35,813 nucleotides of DNA from Atribacterota bacterium (GTDB taxonomy: Bacteria; Atribacterota; Phoenicimicrobiia; Phoenicimicrobiales; Phoenicimicrobiaceae): the NCBI GenBank assembly GCA_030666935.1, contig DAOUWX010000002.1, positions 1 through 35,813 on the forward strand, in the 5' to 3' direction. Positions 8,997 to 17,810 of the stretch are shown here, in pieces. The translations under genes were made by a program, and so were the position numbers. The notes beneath the pieces were generated by a model. It saw only the letters and a program-made list of their open reading frames with translations, had not been told where the DNA came from and did not search any database. Every line of letters begins with the position of its first letter. Position 1 is the first letter of the stretch.

Positions 8997-9080
8997 TAAT
9001 AGGCTTTCAGAAAACTCGCTCTTTAGAAATTAAATATTAGGAAGGAAAGATTTAATAAAACGAATTTTATCTTTTAATTG
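8997..9080. repeat. ~85-bp intergenic repeat B, intact copy (TAATAGGCTTTCAGAAAACTCGCTCTTTAGAAATTAAATATTAGGAAGGAAAGATTT...)
   Basis: Aligns at roughly 85-90% identity by eye with 12685-12726 + 13150-13190, which is split by the MITE. Both copies start ~20-70 nt after the stop of a + strand operon-terminal gene. Confidence 0.7.
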
Positions 9081-9162
9081 TACTAATTTCGAGTAGTGTT
9101 TACACTTAGCTTAAAATAAATTGGTCATGCATGTGATGTCTTAATATGAAAGAAGGATATGA

Positions 9163-10671
9163 ATGCAGGAATTATATTTATTAGGAATAGATATTGGAAC
9201 TACCAAGATAAAGGTGGGTATTTTTTCAGCAAAAGGCAAACTTAAAAGTTTTACTACCATGCCCCTTAGAATTTTACATCCTGAATCAAATTATTGTGAA
9301 ATAGCCTTAGCGACCCAGTGGGAAAAGCTATTACAATGCTTGTCTATAACTTTAAAGGAAGCACAGGTTTCTACAGAAAAGATAAAAAGCATTGGAATAA
9401 GTACTCTATGTCCAGTTTTTGTAGCTTTGAATGCAGAGGGAGAACCTCTTCGTGCTGGAATAATTTATTCTGATCAAAGGAGTATTAATATAAAAAAATA
9501 TATTAACAAAACATTCACCGAAACAGAGTTTTTCAATATTACTGGCAATAGAATACACTCAGCAGTTTGTTCCTTTAGTAATGTAATATGGATAAAAGAT
9601 AATGAGCCAGAAACATTTGATAAAACAAGTATTTTTGGTCATATTGATACTTATCTTATCCACAAACTTACCGATAAATTTGCCATAGATTGGACTAATG
9701 CATCTTTTACTGGAATATATGACATTAAAGAAAATATTTGGTCAAAAAAATTGTGTGCATTATTTGGTATTCCATTAAAAAAATTGCCACCCATATTTGC
9801 TCCCACTACTGTTGTTGGTGGTATTACTCAAAAAATTTCTAAGCTTACAGGGCTGAAAGAAGGAACGCCAGTAATTGCTGGGGCAGCAGATACAGCTTGC
9901 TCCGCACTAGCACTTGGCGTAACAAAAAATGGTCAAATTTTTCAAACTAGTGGCGGAAGCGAAGTTACTTCTATCTGTAGCGATACTCCGCGATTTGATA
10001 ATAGATTTGCGAACCGCAGTCATATAATTTCGGGAAAGTGGTTGTTTCATGGAGCTATGTCAACAGGAGGAACTTCTTTAAAATGGGCTAATGATAAAAT
10101 ATTTTATCCAAGGCTTAAAGAGACTTATAGATACAGAAAAATGGAAAAAGAAGCTCGTATTTCTTCACCAGGCGCAAATGGAATAATTTTTCTTCCTTAT
10201 CTTAGTGGAGAAAGAACTCCAAAATGGGATCCCTCTGCAAAAGGTGTTTTTTGGGGGTTGTCTCTTAAGAGTACCAGAAGTGATATAGTTAGGTCTATTC
10301 TTGAAGGAGTTGCATATGGAATACGTGAAATAATGGAAATTATTGAAGGAAATTTAGGAATAAAATTTAATAAAATTACTATTGTAGGAGGCGGAGCGAA
10401 GAATGATTTATGGAATCAAATAAAGGCAGATGTAATCCAAAAGGAGATTTTAAAATTTAAATTTGATGAAGCAGCCCTTTTGGGGGCTGCTTTATTGGGA
10501 GGTGTAGGAACTAAAATATTTAGTAATTATGAAGAGGCCATTATAAAAGTAGCTGCTTCATTAAAAATAGAGAAAATTTATTATCCAAATTCTAAAATAT
10601 TTTCACAATATTATAGAAGGAATTTTAAGATATATAAATCTTTATATAATACTATAAAGAATATCAATTAA
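9163..10671 (+). CDS. FGGY-family carbohydrate kinase (xylulokinase / L-xylulose-3-keto-L-gulonate kinase-like)
   Basis: 'LLGIDIGTTKIK' N-terminal ATPase motif, 'AGAADTACSALALG' and 'VGGGAKNDLWNQIKADV' C-terminal FGGY signature; 502 aa. Confidence 0.88.
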   Translation: MQELYLLGIDIGTTKIKVGIFSAKGKLKSFTTMPLRILHPESNYCEIALATQWEKLLQCLSITLKEAQVSTEKIKSIGISTLCPVFVALNAEGEPLRAGIIYSDQRSINIKKYINKTFTETEFFNITGNRIHSAVCSFSNVIWIKDNEPETFDKTSIFGHIDTYLIHKLTDKFAIDWTNASFTGIYDIKENIWSKKLCALFGIPLKKLPPIFAPTTVVGGITQKISKLTGLKEGTPVIAGAADTACSALALGVTKNGQIFQTSGGSEVTSICSDTPRFDNRFANRSHIISGKWLFHGAMSTGGTSLKWANDKIFYPRLKETYRYRKMEKEARISSPGANGIIFLPYLSGERTPKWDPSAKGVFWGLSLKSTRSDIVRSILEGVAYGIREIMEIIEGNLGIKFNKITIVGGGAKNDLWNQIKADVIQKEILKFKFDEAALLGAALLGGVGTKIFSNYEEAIIKVAASLKIEKIYYPNSKIFSQYYRRNFKIYKSLYNTIKNIN

Positions 10672-10760
10672 AAATTATAAAAGATTAATATTATTTTTTA
10701 TTTTAGATAAGTATCAATTTCATAAAAATGATCCGAAGGTAAAGTGGAGGCAAAAATAAA

Positions 10761-11795
10761 ATGGAAGCTTTAATTTTCGAGAAACCCTATACATTGGTTT
10801 TAAAAGAGATACAAAAACCAAAAATAGAAAAAAATGAAATATGCCTTAAAATGAAAGCTGCTGCAATATGTGGTACAGATTTAAGAGTTTATAAAGGAGA
10901 AAAAACTAAGGGAATAAGAAAGCCTTCAATTATTGGTCATGAATTTAGTGGTGAAGTAGCTGAAGTAGGAGATAAAATTATAGATTTTAAAATTGGAGAT
11001 AGAGTAGGAGTTGCTCCCGTAATTTCTTGCGGTAAATGTTATTGCTGTTTAAATGATTTAGAAAATATTTGCATAAACAGAATGGCAATTGGTTATGAAT
11101 TTGATGGTGCTTTTGCAGAATATATTAAAATTCCTTCTGTAGCAATTGAATCTGGTAATGTTTTTAAATTATCAGATAAAGTAAGTTTTGAAGAAGCAGC
11201 ACTTTTAGAACCATTATCTTGCTGTATAAATGGCCATAATAAATGTAAAATTAAAATAAAAACGGATGTTTTAATTATTGGAGCCGGTCCAATTGGATTG
11301 ATGCATTTACAATTAGCAAAAATTTCCGGAGCAAGAGTATTTACTAGTGAGCCAAATAGTAAACGTAGAAAAATTGCAGAATCATTAGGAGCAGATATTT
11401 TAATAGACCCCCAAAAGGAGGATTTATCTAAAATTATCATGGAAAATACAAACAATCAGGGGGTAGACGTAGTTATTATGGTTATAGGTATTGATCGAAT
11501 GTTAAATGATTTATTGACTTTGATTAAAAAAGGTGGAATTCTTAATTTATTTGCTGGTTTTCAAAAAGAATCTGTTTCAAATATAGATCCAAATTTAATA
11601 CATTATAACGAAATAAATATTATAGGTAGCTCAGCTATGAAGTTGAGAAACTATATTACTGCTATTAAGCTAATAGAAGAAAATAAGATTAATTTAAAAA
11701 GTTTAATTACCGATGTTTATTCGCTATCTGAATACGAGAAAGCTTTTTCAAAAGCTTTAAAAAACGAATCTATAAAAATAGTATTTCAAGATTAA
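10761..11795 (+). CDS. Zn-dependent medium-chain dehydrogenase (sorbitol / L-threonine / polyol dehydrogenase-like)
   Basis: 'CGTDL', 'GHEFSGEV', structural-Zn cysteines 'CGKCYCCLNDLENIC' and the 'GAGPIGL' Rossmann motif. Confidence 0.88.
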   Translation: MEALIFEKPYTLVLKEIQKPKIEKNEICLKMKAAAICGTDLRVYKGEKTKGIRKPSIIGHEFSGEVAEVGDKIIDFKIGDRVGVAPVISCGKCYCCLNDLENICINRMAIGYEFDGAFAEYIKIPSVAIESGNVFKLSDKVSFEEAALLEPLSCCINGHNKCKIKIKTDVLIIGAGPIGLMHLQLAKISGARVFTSEPNSKRRKIAESLGADILIDPQKEDLSKIIMENTNNQGVDVVIMVIGIDRMLNDLLTLIKKGGILNLFAGFQKESVSNIDPNLIHYNEINIIGSSAMKLRNYITAIKLIEENKINLKSLITDVYSLSEYEKAFSKALKNESIKIVFQD

Positions 11796-11822
11796 AAAAC
11801 GAAAAGAAAGAGAGGAAGTAAA

Positions 11823-12617
11823 ATGTTAGGCAAAGAAATTAGATTAAATCGCTTAAAGAACAAGAAATCAGGGAGAATGTTAGGGATTATGATTGATCAT
11901 CCTATAGGCCATGGGGTATTACCTGGTATAGAAGATATTAATAAAACATTAAAACAAATAGTTGAAGGTGGACCAGATGTTATTACTATGCATAAAGGGA
12001 TAGCAATGAAATGTTTTAGTAAATTTACTGATAGTTCTATACCCTTTCTTTTAAAATGTACCAGTTTTTCTCCATATCAAAAAACTTATGATACTTTGAT
12101 CTCGGATGTAGAAGAAGCGGTTCAACTTGGGGCAGATGGTGTTTCAGTTGGAGTAATACTGGGTGGAGATCGTCAACCCGAAATGCTTCATAATATAGGT
12201 TTAATTTCTAAGCAAGCACAGATTTATGGTATGCCATTAGTAGCTCATATTTATTCCAGGGGAGAATATATTAAAAATGAACTAACGGTTAAAAATGTTT
12301 CTTATGCTGTAAGAGTTGCAGCAGAGCTGGGAGTAGATATAGCTAAAACGCATTATACTGGTTCTAAAGAAACATTTAGGCAGGTTATTGCTTCAACCCC
12401 ATGTAAAGTTGTAATTGCTGGAGGTAAAGTGGGAAATGAAATCAAAGATTTATTTCAGATGACAAGGGATGCTATAGATGTTGGAGCTTTTGGAATAGCA
12501 TACGGCCGTGCTGTTTGGCAATACCAAGATCCTACCAGAGTGATTGAGGCATTGAAGCTTATTATTCATGAGGATGCTAGCGTTGATAAAGCTATTGAGT
12601 ATTTAAATTTAAAATAG
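11823..12617 (+). CDS. Class I aldolase of the DhnA/FbaB/LsrF (DeoC-like) family
   Basis: 264 aa. 'IMIDHP', 'DIAKTHYTG' (Schiff-base Lys context), 'VVIAGGKV' and 'GAFGIAYGRAVWQ' are typical of archaeal-type class I FBP aldolase / LsrF-like enzymes. Confidence 0.78.
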   Translation: MLGKEIRLNRLKNKKSGRMLGIMIDHPIGHGVLPGIEDINKTLKQIVEGGPDVITMHKGIAMKCFSKFTDSSIPFLLKCTSFSPYQKTYDTLISDVEEAVQLGADGVSVGVILGGDRQPEMLHNIGLISKQAQIYGMPLVAHIYSRGEYIKNELTVKNVSYAVRVAAELGVDIAKTHYTGSKETFRQVIASTPCKVVIAGGKVGNEIKDLFQMTRDAIDVGAFGIAYGRAVWQYQDPTRVIEALKLIIHEDASVDKAIEYLNLK

Positions 12618-12684
12618 GAAATTAATTTAGAATTATATAAGGAAATATTATTTAGTACCGATGAAGTGTGCAAGTTAATTTTCC

Positions 12685-13190
12685 TAATAGACTTTCAAAA
12701 AACTCGCTCTCTAGAAATTAAATATTAAATATCAATACATCGTGAACCCTTCTTAGGGTCATTATAATACACAGACATCGTGAACTCCTAATGATAATAG
12801 AATATCAAGACATCATGAACTCTAGAGATCGAACCTTGATAAATCAATAGAGCTTTTGGTAAGGAATTAGAATTTTTATCGAGTTTATAGTGTTTTAACT
12901 ATTTTAAAAACCAGGTTTTACCTTTACCAAGGCTCTAAATAGATCTCCTTAGGAGATTCATCGTTTTTATATCTTTTTATAGCTTGTTCTCTTAATTGTT
13001 TGATATTCATACTGACCTCTTTTTTTAAGGTCAGTATAGAACGTTTATATTATCAAGTTCACGATGTCTTGATACAAAGTACCGTTAAGGTTCGCTAGGT
13101 TATGATATTTTTAAGTTCGCGATGTGTTGATATTTGTCAATTAAATATTAAGAAGGAAAGATTTTACAAAGCGAATCTTATCTTTATTAC
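12685..13190. repeat. Repeat B, second copy, split in two by the MITE (left half 12685-12726, right half ~13150-13190)
   Basis: The left half matches 8997-9038 and the right half matches 9039-9080 of copy 1. The junction in copy 1 (..AATTAAATATT|AGGAAGG..) behaves as the empty site. Confidence 0.7.
12727..13138. mobile_element. Non-autonomous MITE-like element (~412 bp) with terminal inverted repeats, three subterminal repeats per end and a flanking direct duplication
   Basis: The left terminus AAATATCAATACATCGTGAAC (12727-12747) matches the reverse complement of the right terminus GTTCGCGATGTGTTGATATTT (13115-13135). Internal copies of the ACATCGTGAAC core lie at 12771-12785 and 12801-12820 (left) and, inverted, at 13057-13075 and 13089-13110 (right). 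AATTAAATATT occurs at 12716-12726 and 13139-13149. No ORF is present. Internal hairpins lie around 12944-12960 and 13010-13037. Confidence 0.75.
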
Positions 13191-13538
13191 CTGTCTTAAT
13201 AGCAGTCAAGCCAACCAAAAGAACAGTAATATAGGGAATAGTATAGTGATTAGAGAGCTCGGAGTCCTCTGACACTCGGATTTTGCATACAAAGGTCAAG
13301 TAATCTGGAAAATATCCTTTCACGCTCACTGCGGATGTTAACTTTCTTAAATTTCGGAGCAACATAAGCAATTTACTTACGGATATCTTTGCTAAATACC
13401 AGAGTATAAGCAAAACAAAAAGATATGGTTACATCACTAAATATTGGTCAGTTAAAAAGGTTACATCGTTGGTTAAAAATAAAATTAGTGATAAATCGGT
13501 ATATTTAATATATGGTAAAAGATAGGAGTTTGCAAAAA

Positions 13539-13808
13539 ATGAATATTAGACTATCTTCACCTTTTAAAGAAATTATAGGATTAGAGGTTTTAAATATAAA
13601 CATAATAAGTGAAGTTACTTTAAAAGAGATAATACAAATTTTATTTTTAAAATGTCCTCAGTTTAAAAAATTTTTACCAGAGGAATTGAAAGATGAAAAA
13701 ATTTCTAAGAGTTTTATTGTAGTAAGAAAAAATCAAATTGTGTTATTAAATGAAAAAATTAGTGAAGAGGATGAATTAAAAATATTTCCTACTTTGGCAG
13801 GAGGATAA
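13539..13808 (+). CDS. MoaD/ThiS-like small beta-grasp protein ending in Gly-Gly
   Basis: ~89 aa from ATG 13539, with a TAGGAG RBS upstream; the tracked start is 13512. The C-terminus is '..IFPTLAGG*', the diglycine tail of sulfur-carrier/ubiquitin-like proteins. Lies 17 nt upstream of the AOR gene. Confidence 0.65.
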   Translation: MNIRLSSPFKEIIGLEVLNINIISEVTLKEIIQILFLKCPQFKKFLPEELKDEKISKSFIVVRKNQIVLLNEKISEEDELKIFPTLAGG

Positions 13809-13825
13809 GGAGGTATAATACTAAT

Positions 13826-15670
13826 ATGTTAGGTGGATATATGGGGAAAGTGCTTCAAATAAATTTAAGCAAGAAAAAATATGAAATAGAAGAATTAAAT
13901 GATTCCTTGGTTAAAAAATATATAGGTGGTAGCGGATTGGCAGCTAAATTACTTTACGATCTTACCAACGGTGCGACCGACCCTTTAGGTGAAGATAACA
14001 CACTTATATTTATGACCGGGCCCTTTACTGGTACTATTATTCCTACTTCTGCTAGACATGCTGTAGTTGCCAAGTCTCCCTTAACAGGAATTTGGGCAGA
14101 ATCAGATGTTGGCGGTAGTTGGGGTTATGAGCTTAAAAAAGCTGGTTTTGATGGGATTATAATAACTGGTAAAGCAGAAAAACCAGTATATATTTGGATT
14201 AAAAATGGAGAGGTTGAGATAAAAAATGCACAGCATCTTTGGGGTATAGACACCTATGATTTCGATTTTATTATTAAAGAGGAAACTGATCCGAAAGCCG
14301 TAGTCACTTGCATTGGACAGGCTGGAGAAAATCAAGTTTTATTATCTTCGATTATGTCAGATGGACCTAATGCCCGAGTAGCGGGTAGGTGTGGTATGGG
14401 AGCGGTAATGGGTTCGAAAAAACTAAAGGCAATTGTAGTTAAAGGGAATCAGGAAGTACCCGTTATAGACCGAGAGAAATTAAGGAAATTAATTAAACAA
14501 AATGCTCCGATAATAGTTAAAGAGACAAAGATGTTTGGAAAGTATGGTACCTCAGGTGGAATTGAAGGTCATGAGGAGATGATGAATTTTCCGATAAAAA
14601 ATTGGTATCAGGAACGCTGGCCAGAAGGGGCTAAGAAAATAAATGGTATCAAAATGGCAGAAACAATTCTAACTGGCAGATATTACTGTAAGACTTGCAT
14701 CATTGGTTGTGGCCGGGAAGTGGAAATAACAAAAGGTCCTTATTCAGGGGTTAAAGGAGCAGGTCCAGAATATGAAACAATTGGTACTTTAGGAGGACTT
14801 TGCCTTATTGATAACCTTGAGGCAATAGCTAAAGGGAGTGAACTATGTAATCGTTATGGACTGGATACAATATCTACCGGGGCAGTTATAGCCTTCGCTA
14901 TGGAAGCTTATGAAAAAGGAATTGTTAACCAAAAAGATACTGAAGGAGTAAAACTTACTTGGGGTAATGCAGATGCAATGCTTATTCTGATAGAAAAGAT
15001 AGCTAAAAAAGAAGGTTATATAGGAAGATTGTTGGGACAGGGAGTACGAAAAGCTGCAGAAACTTTAGGTCGGGGAGCAGAAGAGTTTGCTATTCACGTT
15101 AAAGGACTAGAATTTCCTGCCCACGATCCTCGGGCCTATAATGGGGTCGCTCTATCTTATGCAACTTCTAACAGAGGGGCTTGTCATTTACAGGGTTTTA
15201 CACATGGCTTTGAAAAGGCATTTACTATGCCAGAGATTGAAATAAATCAGCCGAATCCACGTCATCAAATAGAAGGTAAAGGTAAATTTACAGCTAAACT
15301 ACAAGATCTAATGTGTTTATTTGATTCTTTAAAGTTGTGTAAATTTGTTATTATTGGAGGTATAAAGCTTACAGCAATAACGGATTGGTATAATGCAGTA
15401 ACAGGATTAAGTTTAAAGAATAAAGATTTAATGAAGATAGGAGAGAGAATATATAATCTGAAGCGATTATATAACGTGAGATGTGGAATAAGTCGTAAGG
15501 ATGATACCTTACCTTCTAGAATATTAACCCATAAGCGTGGCCCAAATTTTCCTCATTTAGGAAAAATGTTGCATGATTACTATAGTTTTAGGAATTGGAA
15601 TGAAATAGGTATTCCCTCTCGGGAAAAAATAAAGGAACTTAGATTAGATAAAGAAGCTCAGCAAATTTAA
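13826..15670 (+). CDS. aor: Aldehyde:ferredoxin oxidoreductase (tungstopterin AOR family)
   Basis: ~610 aa with the AOR N-terminal domain ('GKVLQINLS..YIGGSGLAAKLLY', 'ESDVGGSWG.ELKKAGFDGIIITG'), the [4Fe-4S] motif 'CKTCIIGC' (CxxCxxxC) and a later 'NRGACHLQG'. ATG 13841 (MGKVL) is an alternative start. Confidence 0.9.
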   Translation: MLGGYMGKVLQINLSKKKYEIEELNDSLVKKYIGGSGLAAKLLYDLTNGATDPLGEDNTLIFMTGPFTGTIIPTSARHAVVAKSPLTGIWAESDVGGSWGYELKKAGFDGIIITGKAEKPVYIWIKNGEVEIKNAQHLWGIDTYDFDFIIKEETDPKAVVTCIGQAGENQVLLSSIMSDGPNARVAGRCGMGAVMGSKKLKAIVVKGNQEVPVIDREKLRKLIKQNAPIIVKETKMFGKYGTSGGIEGHEEMMNFPIKNWYQERWPEGAKKINGIKMAETILTGRYYCKTCIIGCGREVEITKGPYSGVKGAGPEYETIGTLGGLCLIDNLEAIAKGSELCNRYGLDTISTGAVIAFAMEAYEKGIVNQKDTEGVKLTWGNADAMLILIEKIAKKEGYIGRLLGQGVRKAAETLGRGAEEFAIHVKGLEFPAHDPRAYNGVALSYATSNRGACHLQGFTHGFEKAFTMPEIEINQPNPRHQIEGKGKFTAKLQDLMCLFDSLKLCKFVIIGGIKLTAITDWYNAVTGLSLKNKDLMKIGERIYNLKRLYNVRCGISRKDDTLPSRILTHKRGPNFPHLGKMLHDYYSFRNWNEIGIPSREKIKELRLDKEAQQI

Positions 15671-15698
15671 TTTTTTTTAAACAAAAAAGAAAGGTGAA

Positions 15699-16874
15699 AT
15701 GAAAATGAATTTCAATTTAATTAAATCATTCAAGTACGAAATGCCCACCAAAATTATCTTTGGCTGTGGGGTAGTCAATCAAACAGGTAAAGAGCTAGAA
15801 AAATTAGGAGTTAAGAAGGTAATGATAGTTACCGATAGAGGATTTATAGAAAGTGGACTTGTATGCCGACTTGAAAATTCTCTAAAATGTTCTAAAATAG
15901 AGTATGTTACATATAATAAAGTTCAACCCAATTCAGGGGACAAACTTGTTAAGGAAGCGGCCAATATCGCAAAAGATGAAAATTGTGAGCTTACAATAGG
16001 TATTGGAGGCGGTAGTTCAATGGATACCGCAAAAGCTGTAGCGGTTATGGTAACAAATACAGGCAATATAATGGATTATGCTGGAATGGATAAAATAAAA
16101 AATAAGCCTTTGCCCAATATTGCGATTCCAACAACAGCAGGAACGGGTAGTGAAGTTACTATATGGGCAGTGATTACTGATCACGAGAAGAATTATAAAA
16201 CAGGAATTGGTAGTTTTATGATAATACCCAAGGTTGCTATCTGTGATCCGGAGCTAACAATATCCTTACCAACTCATATTACTGCGGCAACAGGAATGGA
16301 TGCTTTAACTCATGCTATCGAATCGTATGTCTGTACTGCTACTCAACCGATTTCAGAAGCGCTGTCTGAAAAGGCAATAACTTTAATAGGTGAATACTTA
16401 AGGATAGCCGTAGCTAATGGTAAGAATATAGATGCAAGAGAAGGAATGTTAATGGGTAGTTTAACCGCAGCTTTAGCGTTTAATGAAACTCGTTTAGGTA
16501 TTGCTCATTCTTGGGCTTCACCATTAGGAGCTCATTTCCCAATATCACATGGACTAGTTAATTCCATTTTATTACCTAATGTTATGGAATATAATTTAAT
16601 AGGAAATCCAGAGAAATTTGCAAGAATTGCACTACTTATGGGAGAAAACATTGAAGGGTTGAATTTAATGGATTCTGCGCGGAAGTCGGTAAAGGCGGTA
16701 AGAGATCTATCCACAGATATTGGATTACCACAAAGACTTAAAGATGTGATAGATATTAGCGAAGAGGATATTCGAAAAATGGCTAATGAAGCACTACAAA
16801 GTGGGAATAACCTTGTAAATCCGCGCAAACCCACACTTGAAGATATGATAGAAATTTGTAGAAATAGCATGTAA
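15699..16874 (+). CDS. Iron-containing (group III) alcohol dehydrogenase
   Basis: 'GIGGGSSMDTAKA', 'PTTAGTGSE' and 'DALTHAIESY' His-rich metal-site motifs; 391 aa. Confidence 0.9.
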   Translation: MKMNFNLIKSFKYEMPTKIIFGCGVVNQTGKELEKLGVKKVMIVTDRGFIESGLVCRLENSLKCSKIEYVTYNKVQPNSGDKLVKEAANIAKDENCELTIGIGGGSSMDTAKAVAVMVTNTGNIMDYAGMDKIKNKPLPNIAIPTTAGTGSEVTIWAVITDHEKNYKTGIGSFMIIPKVAICDPELTISLPTHITAATGMDALTHAIESYVCTATQPISEALSEKAITLIGEYLRIAVANGKNIDAREGMLMGSLTAALAFNETRLGIAHSWASPLGAHFPISHGLVNSILLPNVMEYNLIGNPEKFARIALLMGENIEGLNLMDSARKSVKAVRDLSTDIGLPQRLKDVIDISEEDIRKMANEALQSGNNLVNPRKPTLEDMIEICRNSM

Positions 16875-16929
16875 TTTCCCCATATAGAGATGTGGATATC
16901 GATAATCAGGAGGAGGTGATGAATAATTT

Positions 16930-17634
16930 ATGTTAGGAGGCAGTAATTATCATGCTTTAAGCGAAGTTATATATCAAAATATTAGAGAGTCGATCATTAA
17001 TTGCAGATATAAAAGTGGGCAGAGATTGTTACTAAAAAAAATATCGGATGAAATGGGTGTTAGTATAACACCTGTAAGAGAATCTTTAAAAAAGTTAGAG
17101 AAAGATGGATTGGTTAAGCTCGTTCCAAATAATGGAGCAATGGTAATAGACCTTGGGATTAGAGATGTAATTGAACTTTATGATCTTCGGAGACAATTGG
17201 AATGTTTAGCAATCGAACTATTAGCGGACAACATAAGCAAAAAATTGATAGATAAATTAGGTGATATTTGTGATAAAGATGAGAATTGTTTAAGAGAAGA
17301 TAACTTAAATTTACATGTAGAGTATAATAATAAGTTTCATGAATTATTAATAAAATCTGCACAAAGTAAAAGATTAGTTAAATTTTATAATGAGATTAGC
17401 GGACAATTATCAATATTAGCGGGCAAAACTGCAAAAATTCCAGGGCAGGCTAAAAAATCATTAACTGAACATATAGAGATTGTAAAAGCACTTGATAAAA
17501 AAAATACAGAACTTGCAAAGAAAATTATTTTTAACCACATCCAAGGTACAAAGGAAGATATTTTAAAAAAAGTCAAGGATGTACTAAAAAAGAGAGAAAT
17601 AGACCTTAATATTAAAATTGATAAAATTATTTAA
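16930..17634 (+). CDS. GntR-family transcriptional regulator (FadR/FCD subfamily)
   Basis: N-terminal wHTH 'ISDEMGVSITPVRESLKKLEKDGLVKLVPNNGAMV' followed by an all-helical C-terminal domain with 'FHELL' and 'EHIEIVKAL'. Confidence 0.88.
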   Translation: MLGGSNYHALSEVIYQNIRESIINCRYKSGQRLLLKKISDEMGVSITPVRESLKKLEKDGLVKLVPNNGAMVIDLGIRDVIELYDLRRQLECLAIELLADNISKKLIDKLGDICDKDENCLREDNLNLHVEYNNKFHELLIKSAQSKRLVKFYNEISGQLSILAGKTAKIPGQAKKSLTEHIEIVKALDKKNTELAKKIIFNHIQGTKEDILKKVKDVLKKREIDLNIKIDKII

Positions 17635-17810
17635 ATTTTAATAAATTAATGTTTTAAAAAAAGATAGTGAAATTTAAGATTATTATAAACGGATTATTGT
17701 GTTAAAAAAAAGCGAAGTAAGTTTTGTATACAGGGCTTATAGGTGATTTTGATTTCATTAAAGAAGAAGACTATTATGTTAAATTATAACATATCTAGCA
17801 AGGAGTAATT

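Noticed and set aside
13141-13413. 90-aa minus-strand ORF in the long spacer upstream of the MoaD-like gene.
   Set aside because: It has no RBS and no recognisable family, and its 3' end is simply repeat B. At most it is a relic (see the repeat B finding), so it is not reported as a gene.
13414-13538. Possible Moco/Tuco riboswitch upstream of the MoaD-like/AOR genes.
   Set aside because: I looked for the GC-rich conserved helices and the CCUCC-type core I associate with the Moco RNA motif. The spacer is almost pure AT with no convincing multi-stem structure. An Infernal/Rfam scan would settle it.
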